Source of the DNA: a virus
Lineage: Duplodnaviria > Caudoviricetes
DNA length: 36,077 nt
Direction: 5' to 3' (one strand)
Virus record (IMG/VR): IMGVR_UViG_3300036841_000225
Coordinates: 1-36,077 of that record
In this document: positions 1-9,103 of the stretch, one piece after another
Layout: each line of letters opens with the position of its first letter
Position numbering within the stretch: the first letter of the stretch is position 1
Position numbers and translations under genes: made by a program
Notes under the pieces: generated by a model
The model's input: the letters and a program-made list of their open reading frames with translations, nothing else
Databases searched by the model: none
Told to the model about the DNA's origin: nothing

Positions 1-127
1 TGCTCGTCGACATTGTTAAACGTCGAGGCATACCCGAGAATCTTTCCTTCGTCGGAGGTCTGTTTGATTTCAAACCAAAACGCTTTGTGCAGCATCGCGT
101 GTTACTCCTTCGCCGGAAAGCGCTTTC
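1..127. repeat. Terminal direct repeat, copy 1 (circular-assembly overlap)
   Basis: 1-127 is identical to 35951-36077 and falls inside the prohead protease gene. 127 bp is a common assembler k-mer size. Confidence 0.95.
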
Positions 128-344
128 CGGCCGCGGGCCTCTCCAGGTTGTTCATCTCCTGCGCAGCCTGATCTAGGAATTCGCGCTCTCTATCGGTCAA
201 TCTCCAGAGCCGGCCTGTGACAATCAGCATCATGACCGGACCGTTCGCGCACACATGGCGGGCCATTTCATGAATGCGCCAATCGAGTAGTCCGGCCTCG
301 GCTGGCCATGCGGACAAGAGCCAGAGAAAGCGACGCCGGATCAT
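102..344 (-). CDS. Hypothetical protein (starts MIRRRFLWLL, twin-arginine-like N-terminus)
   Basis: ORF 102..371. The ATG at 344 overlaps the TGA of an upstream small ORF (ATGA). Lies just upstream of the protease across the circular junction. Confidence 0.55.
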   Translation of the reverse strand: MIRRRFLWLLSAWPAEAGLLDWRIHEMARHVCANGPVMMLIVTGRLWRLTDREREFLDQAAQEMNNLERPAAGKRFPAKE

Positions 345-418
345 AACTTTCCTAAGCTCCAGAGCACCCATATGAGAACCAGAAAGATGAGAATCGCCGT
401 GATGATCAGTGCAACCAC
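341..418 (-). CDS. Possible 25-aa single-TM membrane peptide (MVALIITAILIFLVLIWVLWSLGKL)
   Basis: Translated by hand from a GTG start. Its stop overlaps the next ATG. The RBS is weak. Confidence 0.3.
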   Translation of the reverse strand: MVALIITAILIFLVLIWVLWSLGKL

Positions 419-682
419 AACGCGAGTCTTAGAAACTCCAGGACCAAAAAAGCAAATACAGCGGCGCCGTCAAATCAAAAATTTAGCCTGATAATCAGAG
501 GGATGCCGCCTGAGACGAAAATCAATATTCCCCTGTCGCTCAGAGAGTGGAGCCAGATTCTCATGGCGCTGCATCGTGTGGGCTCTTTCGATCTGCACGC
601 GAAGATCGCCGGGACGCTTCAACTGTTGGACCTGGATTCTGAAAAGATTCCGGCAGAAGTGAAGATCGACGAGGATTGAGAA

Positions 683-892
683 ATGCCCCCGAGTGACGAA
701 AAACTCATCGCGGTCCTTGCCGTTTCCGAATGGCGCATTATTTTGAAGTCTCTCGAAACGATTCTGGCCTTGCAGCCCGCCTTGCATCTGCCGATTGGTT
801 CTGAGAGTCCCCTCGCTATCCGGCAATTGCTCAAAAAATTACAGGACTCGTTACAACAGTTTTCGGAATCCGTCAATCGTCCGAACGAATAG
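683..892 (+). CDS. Hypothetical protein
   Basis: 69-aa ORF preceded by GAGG; fills the gap downstream of the MuF-like gene. Confidence 0.4.
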   Translation: MPPSDEKLIAVLAVSEWRIILKSLETILALQPALHLPIGSESPLAIRQLLKKLQDSLQQFSESVNRPNE

Positions 893-917
893 CCGCTTCC
901 GATAATTATTAATTACG

Positions 918-1682
918 TCAAGCCGCCTGATAGCCCACCGTACACCGGCAGTTGATCGTATTGTCGGGGGTCGCTCCATGTGAACTATCCCCCGGCCACA
1001 GCAACTGCTCGCCCTCGACGAGAAAGAATTCATCCAGATGTTGTTTCTGGCCGTCGGCGGCCGCATGCGCCGGCCGTGTCCGATCGTCGTTGGTCGCCAC
1101 CCAAACCTTATCGAGCGGGATCCCGGAGGCCCGCGCGGCTTCATAGCTACCCAGATTCGAAGCCGCGATCACTTCCGTGCGGGCAATCGTGCGCGCCCGC
1201 GTTTGGGACCAATCGTTGTAGCGGCCCTGAATCCGGCCGGCGAGCTGCGGGATGCTTTCGTTCGCCGCGGTTCCCTGCGCCAGATCGTTCGCCAGTACCT
1301 CCCGGCTGGTAGCTGTCAAATCGTTCACGCGCCGCGCTCCGTGCCGGACCAGCCAGCTATTTACTGCCGAGCGAAACAGGTCACTGACGCTTTTCGAGTG
1401 TGACTTTGCGGCCTCGATCTGACCCAGAATGTGTTCGCCGAACTCGCCCGCGACACCGTGATAGAGCTTGGCGTAATAGTCGAGCCATTGCGGCGCATGT
1501 GCTGTGACCGCCGTCAAGGCTGCCTCGACGCCCGCCCGATAAAAAACATACGTTACATACTGGCCTTCCTGCCCAAAGCGCTCAGCGGCTTTGGCAGCTC
1601 CGCGGTGTACCCAGACCTTACGCCGGCGATCGATCTGTTGCCAGTAGCGGCCCCGGGCCCGACCCGTACGCAGGCTAGTCAT
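918..1682 (-). CDS. Phage head morphogenesis protein (SPP1 gp7 / Mu gpF-like)
   Basis: Motifs RARTIARTE, KVWVATNDDRTRPAH and INCRC; located downstream of the portal. Confidence 0.9.
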   Translation of the reverse strand: MTSLRTGRARGRYWQQIDRRRKVWVHRGAAKAAERFGQEGQYVTYVFYRAGVEAALTAVTAHAPQWLDYYAKLYHGVAGEFGEHILGQIEAAKSHSKSVSDLFRSAVNSWLVRHGARRVNDLTATSREVLANDLAQGTAANESIPQLAGRIQGRYNDWSQTRARTIARTEVIAASNLGSYEAARASGIPLDKVWVATNDDRTRPAHAAADGQKQHLDEFFLVEGEQLLWPGDSSHGATPDNTINCRCTVGYQAA

Positions 1683-1872
1683 TCTTCGGCTCCGCTTCCT
1701 GGACCAGACGTACGGCTTCCTTCACCGCTTCCTGCCAGGCTTCCTGGATCCGCGGCGGCAACTGTTCCCACTCGGGCATCGGCAATTGCTGATAGTTCTT
1801 GTGATCGGTCACTTGACCGTAGGCTTCGTAGGCCGCGGCGGCGATGGCGCTCCAGTCTGTCACCAGCATCAT
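1675..1872 (-). CDS. Hypothetical phage protein
   Basis: 65 aa with LPMPEWEQLP..IQEAW; overlaps both neighbouring genes. Confidence 0.7.
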   Translation of the reverse strand: MMLVTDWSAIAAAAYEAYGQVTDHKNYQQLPMPEWEQLPPRIQEAWQEAVKEAVRLVQEAEPKND

Positions 1873-3200
1873 TGCACGGCCGCGACCGGTTTCCCGTTCA
1901 ACAACTGGGGCGGCGGTACGCCTTCCATCGGCGGCTGGTCCGGCGGCAGCGCCAGTTCCTCGAGCAAGACCGTCCCCGCGCCTACGGTCAATTGGCCGGC
2001 AATTTTCTCTGTGCGCTTTGCATAGCCGAGTTCAAGCCGTCCTTCATCCCGATCGATGAGACCGCGATCGACGGCTCCGAAGACCCTGTTCCAGGTCTTT
2101 TCGCGATCTTCCTGCAGGGCGTCGACCGAATCCCGATCGACCGCCAGGAAAAGATTCTCTCCAAATTGCGGGCAGAGCCACAGCGTCAGGAATCCGCACA
2201 CGAGATCCCACAGCGGCAGGACCGCTTCGGTATAGAGACCCTTCCGCGCCTCTTGGTAATTGCTGTAGGTCTTGTTTTGCGTATCGCCGACCAGCTCGGG
2301 CGGTACATGCAAGATAGCGGCGATGTCACGCTTTTCGAGGCCCCGCAGTTCGAGCGCCTGCATCTGCTCGGGCGAAAACGCCTGGCCCAGCCAGGAAAAA
2401 TCTCCACTCACCACCATGGGCGTGCCGGCGGCGGCGCTCCCCATATACTCATCGCGCAGGTCGCGTTTGAGCTGATCCTGCTGCTCGGGCGTCAGATCCG
2501 CCTTGGCTTGCAGAATGCCCGGCGGGCGTCCCGAGTTTTGTAAAAGAGATTTTTGGACGTGTTTCGATTCATTGATCGTGTCAATCCCATAGGCGGCGGC
2601 CCGCAGCGGCGACATGCCGTACCAGGGCTCAAGCGGATTGAATAGCTTCGCGTGGCCCATGTCTTCGGGAGACCAGCGAATCTGCGTTCCAATCAAACCA
2701 TAGTGATCGATGAGTGTGGACGAAGTCGCGACATCGTTTGTCAGGTAAACCTGGATGAGATCGGGCCGATGCGTGTAGAGTTCATTCGGCGGCCGGCTAG
2801 TGAAGGGACGTACGGCTTCGAGGAAACAATTGCCGCCGCAGAGCAGATAGCCCACCGTGTATTCGAGCAGGTCCCCCAGCGATTGCGCGGGGTTCGGCCG
2901 CCGCATCAATTGCGCCAATGGAAAATTTGAACCGGTCAGCTCCTCGTTGTCGTCTTCGGTTCCCTGATAGAGACCGATCCGCAATTGCCGGCCGGCAATC
3001 AGGATGGTGGTGATGCAGGAATAGACATCACCGCAGCGCACAAAACCCGCTTGTACGAGTGAAGTGTAGTCGCCTCCCGTCCAGACCGCCCGGTTGCCAT
3101 ACATGCGCGCAATATAAGGCGCGATCGCAGAGGATTTCGTTAGGATCCGCCAAGCAAATTTGGCGCGATCCTTCCAGGTGATGGGACGGCCCTGCTTCAT
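1869..3200 (-). CDS. HK97-family portal protein
   Basis: YGMSPLRAA, RPPGIL, IAAILHVPPELVG and YSNYQEA motifs; directly follows TerL. Confidence 0.95.
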   Translation of the reverse strand: MKQGRPITWKDRAKFAWRILTKSSAIAPYIARMYGNRAVWTGGDYTSLVQAGFVRCGDVYSCITTILIAGRQLRIGLYQGTEDDNEELTGSNFPLAQLMRRPNPAQSLGDLLEYTVGYLLCGGNCFLEAVRPFTSRPPNELYTHRPDLIQVYLTNDVATSSTLIDHYGLIGTQIRWSPEDMGHAKLFNPLEPWYGMSPLRAAAYGIDTINESKHVQKSLLQNSGRPPGILQAKADLTPEQQDQLKRDLRDEYMGSAAAGTPMVVSGDFSWLGQAFSPEQMQALELRGLEKRDIAAILHVPPELVGDTQNKTYSNYQEARKGLYTEAVLPLWDLVCGFLTLWLCPQFGENLFLAVDRDSVDALQEDREKTWNRVFGAVDRGLIDRDEGRLELGYAKRTEKIAGQLTVGAGTVLLEELALPPDQPPMEGVPPPQLLNGKPVAAVQ

Positions 3201-4708
3201 TCGGTTTCTTCGCTGGGGCTCTTGCTATACAAGCGGTAGACTTTCGGCAGCGTCCGTTTGCGGCGCCAGTTCATGGCCTGGCTGAAGGCGTCCACGTCGT
3301 CGTCGTTCTTCACGTTCGGGAACTTACTGAAAAGCGTGACCCATTGATGAGTCCAGGCTTTGTTCTCCGGCAAATAAACATTGCCGGCTTCCACATCGGC
3401 CGTCGCGGCCTGCGCACGCGCCACTTTGCCGCCCTCCGGCTTCAGCGCAATGATGCCCGGGATCTCGCGTGACAGTTCTTCGATCACGGCCGGCCCGTTC
3501 GCTGCATCCTCGATCAGAATGTGTGAGATGCGTTTATCGTCCGCTCGTATCGAGCGGATCGCCGCTTTGGTCGCCGAGTAGCCGAGATGTTCAGTTTTCT
3601 TCTCGATGAGGTAAGCTTTGGGGCCCACAAAGCCAATCACCTCGAGGGAGACGTAGTCACTCGTTTTGTAGTCTTTAAACGCGCAATCGACGCTGAGAAC
3701 AACAAAGTCGAAGGCGGGAGCGGTTTTATAAAACTGCCACCAGCCCGGCTGGAACAGGATGCCCGACTTCGGCGCCGGCCGTTGCTGGTATTGGCCGGAA
3801 TACGCAGCCGAGCCCATTTCACGCTGCAGATTCCCGAGAACTTCCTTCGGAAAGCGGACCGGCTCGAGCAGATCCCCTTTTTCCCGGATCCAATCGACAC
3901 CGGACAGCGGCATCGAAATGATGGTGCGGTCCTCCGCCTCGGCTTGCAGGTCGAGATGCGTCCAGCCGCCGTCCGCCAGCAGCTCGCCCGTGGCGTCGTT
4001 CTCATGCAGCCGCTGCATGATCATGACGATCGAATCGGTCGCCGGATTATCGAGTCTCGAAATCAGCACGTTGCGAATGTAGGTGACCGCCGTTTCGCGT
4101 TCGGCATCAGACAAGGCTTTTTTCGGGGAATGCGGATCGTCGATGACCAGGCGCTTGCCGCCGCGGCCGGTACCGCCCCCGATCCAGGTGGAGAACATCG
4201 AGCCGGCATGTGTCGAGACATACTCGTCCTTCAAATTCACGTCGGCCGAAAGCTGGACATCCACGCCCCAATACCCGCGGAACCATTCCGATTGAATGAC
4301 GTTTCTGCGCCGCACCGAATCCCGGACGCTCAAATCGGCCGCATAGGTGGCGAACATCCAACGGGAGGTGGCCTGGTCGCGCGCCCACTCCCAGGTGGGC
4401 CACAGCACGGAAACCGCGCTCGACTTGCCGACCCGCGGCATGATGTTGATGATCAGCCGACGGATTTGGCCCAGTGTGACGGCGGTCAGATATTCGCATA
4501 GCGCGTCGAGATGGCGGCCGGCGATGAGCGGCGTGACGGGTTCGAGCAGCGGCCAGGCAGCTTCCACATAGCGGGCGAGCGAGTCACTGTAGCGCTTCCG
4601 CTCCGCCTGCCGTGCGCGCCGCGCCAGAATCTCGGAGTAGAGCCAATCGGCGACTCTGGCCCTCGAGGCGGGCGAGCAGGTCGAGGAGCTGATTATCGGA
4701 GAGTTCAT
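3197..4708 (-). CDS. terL: Terminase large subunit
   Basis: Walker A INIMPRVGKS, Walker B LVIDDP, MQRLH coupling motif, nuclease motifs SVDCAFK, IEDAANG and DDDVDA. Confidence 0.95.
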   Translation of the reverse strand: MNSPIISSSTCSPASRARVADWLYSEILARRARQAERKRYSDSLARYVEAAWPLLEPVTPLIAGRHLDALCEYLTAVTLGQIRRLIINIMPRVGKSSAVSVLWPTWEWARDQATSRWMFATYAADLSVRDSVRRRNVIQSEWFRGYWGVDVQLSADVNLKDEYVSTHAGSMFSTWIGGGTGRGGKRLVIDDPHSPKKALSDAERETAVTYIRNVLISRLDNPATDSIVMIMQRLHENDATGELLADGGWTHLDLQAEAEDRTIISMPLSGVDWIREKGDLLEPVRFPKEVLGNLQREMGSAAYSGQYQQRPAPKSGILFQPGWWQFYKTAPAFDFVVLSVDCAFKDYKTSDYVSLEVIGFVGPKAYLIEKKTEHLGYSATKAAIRSIRADDKRISHILIEDAANGPAVIEELSREIPGIIALKPEGGKVARAQAATADVEAGNVYLPENKAWTHQWVTLFSKFPNVKNDDDVDAFSQAMNWRRKRTLPKVYRLYSKSPSEETE

Positions 4709-5210
4709 CCAGATCCAAGTGGTGCTCGTGCCGGTCGGTGAAGAGCTTCAGATGCTTACCCAGGAGTTCCAGCGATCCGCGCTTGTCCGCCAACTTGAAC
4801 TTGGTCCGTTTGATTTCCCGCGCGTCTTCGCCGCGTCCTTCCGTGTAGGCCTCTACCGTGATTTCCTGAATCGCCTTGGCTTGCTCGCGGGTCAGGCTGG
4901 AGAGATCCACATACGCGTCACCGAACTCGGTTGTGCCGATGTAGTCGAGCATGTTCGAAAAGCCCATGTAGGCGAGTTCGGAAAGGATGCGTTCGGAGGT
5001 GATTTCGAGCTTGTCCGTGCGTTTGCGGAGGCTCTCGGAAATGAGCTGCTGAATGTTAGCATTTGCTAACATTTTCGAGCTGTGAATGCGTGCGGTCTTT
5101 TCTGTGTAACCTGCTCGAACAGCAGCCTTTGTCGCGTTCAGATCGACCAAATACTCTGCGACGAACAATTTTTGCTTTTCGGTGAGCTTTTTGGACCGTT
5201 TCTGCTTCAT
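4584..5210 (-). CDS. terS: Terminase small subunit
   Basis: LTEKQKLFVAEYLVDLNATKAAVRAGY and DKRGSLELLGKHL. Start placed at ATG 5210, which overlaps the upstream stop. Confidence 0.92.
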   Translation of the reverse strand: MKQKRSKKLTEKQKLFVAEYLVDLNATKAAVRAGYTEKTARIHSSKMLANANIQQLISESLRKRTDKLEITSERILSELAYMGFSNMLDYIGTTEFGDAYVDLSSLTREQAKAIQEITVEAYTEGRGEDAREIKRTKFKLADKRGSLELLGKHLKLFTDRHEHHLDLDELSDNQLLDLLARLEGQSRRLALLRDSGAARTAGGAEALQ

Positions 5211-5407
5211 GCCGAGAGGGCTTTCCGCTCGATCGCCTCCGCCCACATTCGGGCCGCCTCCAGCGCCTCGCGGTAGCTGGCATGTGGAATCCGCGCGATG
5301 TCGACCCAGTTCGGGTGTGTCACCGGCAGAATCACGCGCCAGGTGCCCTCAAGGCATTTGATCTTGAGCTTCAAGCCTACGTCGTGGTCAATGGTTACGC
5401 CAGGCAT
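5207..5407 (-). CDS. Hypothetical protein
   Basis: 66-aa ORF coupled to terS by an ATGA overlap. Confidence 0.6.
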   Translation of the reverse strand: MPGVTIDHDVGLKLKIKCLEGTWRVILPVTHPNWVDIARIPHASYREALEAARMWAEAIERKALSA

Positions 5408-5715
5408 TCCAGCACCACGCGCAGAAAGATCGGTTGCACTTCTGGTGGGGCGTAATGCAGCCCGCTGCGCTTGCCGTTCAGCCGCTTCAGGTCCCAGGGA
5501 CGGCCTTCGATCGAAGTGTCTTCGAAGGAATAGCGGGTAGGAGCAAGATGACCTGAGGACGAACCGTGACCATTTCCTGCTAGCTGGATTCTGTCAACAG
5601 AATCGAGCTTCCGCAGATGGCGCTCGTGAGCGGCCACGATGGCGCCCTTGGCGTTGTGTTCGAGCGTGACGAGGCCGCGCGCATAGAGAGCCTCAATCGT
5701 CGAGCGGGTGCGCAC
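5395..5715 (-). CDS. Hypothetical protein (first gene of the late operon)
   Basis: 106-aa ORF overlapping the next gene; start uncertain. Confidence 0.6.
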   Translation of the reverse strand: MRTRSTIEALYARGLVTLEHNAKGAIVAAHERHLRKLDSVDRIQLAGNGHGSSSGHLAPTRYSFEDTSIEGRPWDLKRLNGKRSGLHYAPPEVQPIFLRVVLECLA

Positions 5716-5895
5716 GCCGACATATTCGCCGTCACGAAACAGCCGGATTTTCGAATTTTGAAACAGGGGTAGAAACGCTACAGGACACGCATTGGTTTTA
5801 CGGCGTGCGCTCGCCGGGCTGAATTATCAACAGCATACACGAAAGCGGACGAGCGTGAAACACCGTGCTTGCACCAATGCTATAGATTTTCCTAG

Positions 5896-5924
5896 TTGCG
5901 ATGACTACTGCGCTGTTGTAATCT
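5896..5924 (+). promoter_or_regulatory. Sigma70-like promoter of the CRISPR cassette operon
   Basis: TTGCGA-17 bp-TAATCT, then RBS AAGGAG before ATG 5976. Confidence 0.55.
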
Positions 5925-5975
5925 ATAAACAGAGAGAGCGAGCAAACGCTCTCCCCTTGGAGAAGGAGATAACAA

Positions 5976-6479
5976 ATGGCACAGATGATTCGAGAGTACA
6001 AAGCAGCTCCGGATGCGGAGCGCTGGAATCGCATTGCGAAGCAGGAATTGATCGATCTGATCGAGGAATGCAGACAAGGCGCGTCACGTGAGACGAACGA
6101 CATCGCATTGCGTTCATGGAATGAGACGCTGGAAGAGGCGGAAGAGACGCTGCGGGAAATGGAGAACGGCTCGCTTGCCTGGGCGGCGCAAGACGAGGAC
6201 GGCTGGTACTTCGCTGTAGGCGAGCAGCGCTTCGATGACGATCAAGCGAAGGTATGCGATGCAGAAGTCGCAGCGAAGAACGAGTGGTACGACGAACACC
6301 CCGATTTCAACGCACTGACCGACGAGAAAACGGACGAAGCAATCGCTGCCGAGCTGGACGGCCGCGATTTGCGGCGCGGTGCAAAGTTCGATTCCCTCGC
6401 GAGCGGCTGGGACTTTCACGAAGCGGTAAAAGCGGGTCTGGACGCCTGGGCCGCCACAGTTGGCGAGCAAGAGCGCTAA
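5976..6479 (+). CDS. Highly acidic hypothetical protein (anti-defence candidate)
   Basis: 167 aa, rich in D/E and W, strong RBS, first gene of the cassette. Confidence 0.8.
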   Translation: MAQMIREYKAAPDAERWNRIAKQELIDLIEECRQGASRETNDIALRSWNETLEEAEETLREMENGSLAWAAQDEDGWYFAVGEQRFDDDQAKVCDAEVAAKNEWYDEHPDFNALTDEKTDEAIAAELDGRDLRRGAKFDSLASGWDFHEAVKAGLDAWAATVGEQER

Positions 6480-6697
6480 TGACTGACAACGTGCTGATCG
6501 CTATCATCGCGGCGTGCGGAGTGGTGATTTCGGCTGTGTTGGTGCTAGGCGGAGCAATTTTTGCTTACGTCGCGGGCGGTAAGGAAACAAACCGCCGCCT
6601 GGATCGCATCGAACACACACTCGAAGTGATCCAAGGCGACATGACGCGCTGGAGCGAACAGATCTTTAAAATCAAGGCGCATATCAAGCTGGATTAA
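6479..6697 (+). CDS. Small TM plus coiled-coil protein
   Basis: MTDNVLIAIIAACGVVISAVLVLGGAIFAYV..RRLDRIEHTL; TAATG overlap with the upstream gene. Confidence 0.75.
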   Translation: MTDNVLIAIIAACGVVISAVLVLGGAIFAYVAGGKETNRRLDRIEHTLEVIQGDMTRWSEQIFKIKAHIKLD

Positions 6698-6712
6698 AAG
6701 ACCTCAGCGCTT

Positions 6713-6946
6713 ATGACTATCCACCTCTCGATCGAGCGCGACCGCATGAGCGAGTTGCACAAATCCGGCCGGTATCGCTGCAAGCTCATCGCCTCGGACG
6801 GACGAAGGTTGTTCATGAGCACGCGCAATGCGGGCTCGGTCGCGAGCGCGAAGCGCGACGCTGAAGACCTGTTTGGAGCAATCGCCTGGCGCGACACAGA
6901 ACAACAAGACGTACGGGCAGAGGCGACGATTGAGGTGGAGCGATGA
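6713..6946 (+). CDS. Hypothetical protein
   Basis: 77-aa ORF in a tightly packed operon. Confidence 0.65.
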   Translation: MTIHLSIERDRMSELHKSGRYRCKLIASDGRRLFMSTRNAGSVASAKRDAEDLFGAIAWRDTEQQDVRAEATIEVER

Positions 6947-6977
6947 CCAAATCCGATCTCGAAGTGTGCCAGTCGTT

Positions 6978-7220
6978 ATGACGATCGACGAACGACTGGA
7001 AAAACTGGTCGAGCGTCATGAGGCGCTGGCCGAGAGCGTCGAGCATCTGCTTCACGCGCAGCAGAAGACCGATCAGGAATTAAAGAAGCTCAGCCGCGAG
7101 ATTCGCATCTTTACGCGGATTGCGCGGGTCATGCTCTTCGATCACGAAGCGCGGCTGCGCGATCTGGAACAGAGGGACGGCGACGGAGATAACGGCCATG
7201 ACGAAGACGGAGAAGAGTGA
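6978..7220 (+). CDS. Small coiled-coil protein (MTIDERLEKLVERHEAL type)
   Basis: ATG at 6978, heptad pattern, C-terminal HEARLRDLE. Confidence 0.75.
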   Translation: MTIDERLEKLVERHEALAESVEHLLHAQQKTDQELKKLSREIRIFTRIARVMLFDHEARLRDLEQRDGDGDNGHDEDGEE

Positions 7221-7362
7221 GATCGCCCGCGCCCTGGCCGCGCTGCGCAAGCATAAGCGCGGCGGGCGAGCACCGAGCTGCACGTGCGGCGAGTGCGCGA
7301 AATGCAAGAACCGCGCAACGGTGCGCAGATTTCGTAAGCGGCAAGCTGCGGGGACGGCCTGA
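7198..7362 (+). CDS. 54-aa basic Cys4 (CxCxxCxxC) protein, probable Zn-binding nucleic-acid binder
   Basis: MTKTEKSEIARALAALRKHKRGGRAPSCTCGECAKCK; GGAG RBS; stops 2 bp before the cas12 ATG. Confidence 0.7.
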   Translation: MTKTEKSEIARALAALRKHKRGGRAPSCTCGECAKCKNRATVRRFRKRQAAGTA

Positions 7363-7364
7363 CT

Positions 7365-9041
7365 ATGATACGCGTCTATGAATATGGTTGCCTTCGCCCT
7401 ATCGCTGGCGAAGCAGAAGCAATGGAACAAATGCGGCGGCGCAACCGGCTGTGGAACGCCTTGGTTGAGGTCGAAACGACACATCGCCAAAAGGCAGCAG
7501 AACTCTTGAGTGAGCCGGAAGAGCAGGCTCCCGTGACCCAAGCCCTCGAAACCTTGCAAGATTTGCGCACGGCCATCAAACAGAAGCGCCAAGCCGCGCG
7601 GTCCACCAAAGTGGACGTGAGCGAGCTGAAAACTGAGATCGCAGCCACAAAAGTGCAATTGAACGGGTCCATCGCCATCGCCAAGGCCAAACGCAAAGAA
7701 CGGGTAGCGGAGCGCAAATCTCAGCTCACCGAGTTAAACCAACAGCGCGTTACAGCCATGAAACAAGCAACCCATGCGGCAGAGTTGTATTGGTGTAATT
7801 ACGATGATGTTTTGGCAAGCTACGATACGGCACGGCAGCGCAGCCGGACGGGGTTGCGGTTTCATGCGTTTCGCGGGGAAGGAAAGGTTTCCATACGCTA
7901 TCAAACGGGACTGCCTGTCGAGAAGGTCTTCGGCGAGGATACACGCTTGCAGCTACGTGCCCTGAGTGAGGAAGAGATCCGAGCGACAGGACGGAAAAAC
8001 CCAAAGGCACGTCATGAGGTCGCCCTACGCGTGGGTAGCCTCCGCCGCGCTCCCATTTGGTTTCGCTTGCCCGTCGTCCTGCATCGCCCTCTGCCAGAAG
8101 ATGGAATCGTGCGTGCAGCCGCGATCAAGCGAGAAGTGGTGGCCGGGCGCCCGCGATACAAGTTGCTGATTACCGTAAACGATTTGGTCGATGTCGAACC
8201 CAAAGCGGGCGAACGTGTGTGTGCGATTGACGTCGGGTGGCGCCTGGTTCCAAGCGACGAAAAGAAACCAGAATTGCGCGTGGCCTATTGGGCCGACGCG
8301 GAGGGCCAGCATGGCAGCTTGAGACTGTCACATTCGGTGTTATGGGAGTTTGAACGAGTCCGCACCCTGCAATCGACGATCGATAAGAAATTCGAGGAGA
8401 TAAAGGCATATTTGATTGATCGGGTTGGGCATGAAGAACTAGCTGTACCGACCGAGGAATTGCGGCAGGAACTCGCAACGATCGCGCAGTGGCGTTCACC
8501 GGGACGGCTCTATGGCTGGGCGCGGAAAGCGAAGGAGGCAGGCCTTGCGGACGTGGAACTGGAGAACTGGAGGCGCAAGCAGATGCATTTGTACCAATGG
8601 GCAGCCAATCTTCAGGATCAAGTCGTCAAGCGCCGCCGATATATTTACCGGAATTTTGCCGCGCAGATAGCGGGTCATTACGACCGGATTATCTTAGAAG
8701 AATTCGATCTGCGGCGAGTAGCCGAGCACGCGCAGCCCGAGGCCAAAGAAGAAGCGGTTGAAACGAGAGCAGCACGCTATCGGCAAATTGCATCGATCTC
8801 CGAACTGCGAACGACGCTAGAGAATACGGCGGCACGCGAAGGCACGCAAATTGAAAAGAGGGAGGCTCGACTGACTACACAGCGGTGCCATGTCTGCGGG
8901 AATACGGCACGCTGGGATGCGGCGGAATCCGTGATACATAGATGCGACCTGTGCCAGAGCGTCTGGGATCAGGACTACAATGCAGCGCAGAACTTATTGC
9001 GTGAGTTCGCAGATCGGCCGGTATTGGAAGCAAAAGCGTGA
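7365..9041 (+). CDS. cas12: Compact type V CRISPR effector, Cas12m (V-M/V-U1)-like, with intact RuvC triad
   Basis: 558 aa. RuvC-I AIDVGWR (D289), RuvC-II IILEE (E445), Zn finger C508/C511/C527/C530, RuvC-III WDQDYNAA (D537). Cas12m-like blocks LYW, LRFHAFRGEG, LPVVLHRPLP and QWRSPGR. CRISPR array starts 62 bp downstream. Confidence 0.88.
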   Translation: MIRVYEYGCLRPIAGEAEAMEQMRRRNRLWNALVEVETTHRQKAAELLSEPEEQAPVTQALETLQDLRTAIKQKRQAARSTKVDVSELKTEIAATKVQLNGSIAIAKAKRKERVAERKSQLTELNQQRVTAMKQATHAAELYWCNYDDVLASYDTARQRSRTGLRFHAFRGEGKVSIRYQTGLPVEKVFGEDTRLQLRALSEEEIRATGRKNPKARHEVALRVGSLRRAPIWFRLPVVLHRPLPEDGIVRAAAIKREVVAGRPRYKLLITVNDLVDVEPKAGERVCAIDVGWRLVPSDEKKPELRVAYWADAEGQHGSLRLSHSVLWEFERVRTLQSTIDKKFEEIKAYLIDRVGHEELAVPTEELRQELATIAQWRSPGRLYGWARKAKEAGLADVELENWRRKQMHLYQWAANLQDQVVKRRRYIYRNFAAQIAGHYDRIILEEFDLRRVAEHAQPEAKEEAVETRAARYRQIASISELRTTLENTAAREGTQIEKREARLTTQRCHVCGNTARWDAAESVIHRCDLCQSVWDQDYNAAQNLLREFADRPVLEAKA

Positions 9042-9103
9042 TCTTCGCGTTTCGAGTGAATCGGCAACGGGTAAAAGCCTTCGATAGTATAGTTTATGAA
9101 GCA
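9042..9103 (+). promoter_or_regulatory. Short CRISPR leader
   Basis: 62 bp between the cas12 stop and repeat 1, with an AT-rich TAGTATAGTTTAT end. Lies at the non-degenerate end of the array. Confidence 0.6.

Noticed and set aside
1-127. Terminal repeat as a physical genome end
   Set aside because: It cuts through the protease gene and equals a typical k-mer overlap, so it only shows circular assembly.
918-1682. MuF polymorphic toxin
   Set aside because: The protein ends right after the NCRC motif with no C-terminal toxin domain.
1431-4501. Long + strand ORFs (370 aa, 304 aa) and similar ones at 16018, 29524, 30567 and 34113
   Set aside because: Antisense shadows of real genes in GC-rich DNA, with no recognisable motifs.
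4584-4708. 125-bp terS/terL overlap as an unusual feature
   Set aside because: Such overlaps are common in terminase pairs, and the true terL start may be further downstream.
7365-9041. IS200/IS605 TnpB transposon
   Set aside because: No TnpA or element ends are visible, the protein is longer than typical TnpB, it has Cas12m-like blocks and it abuts a CRISPR array.
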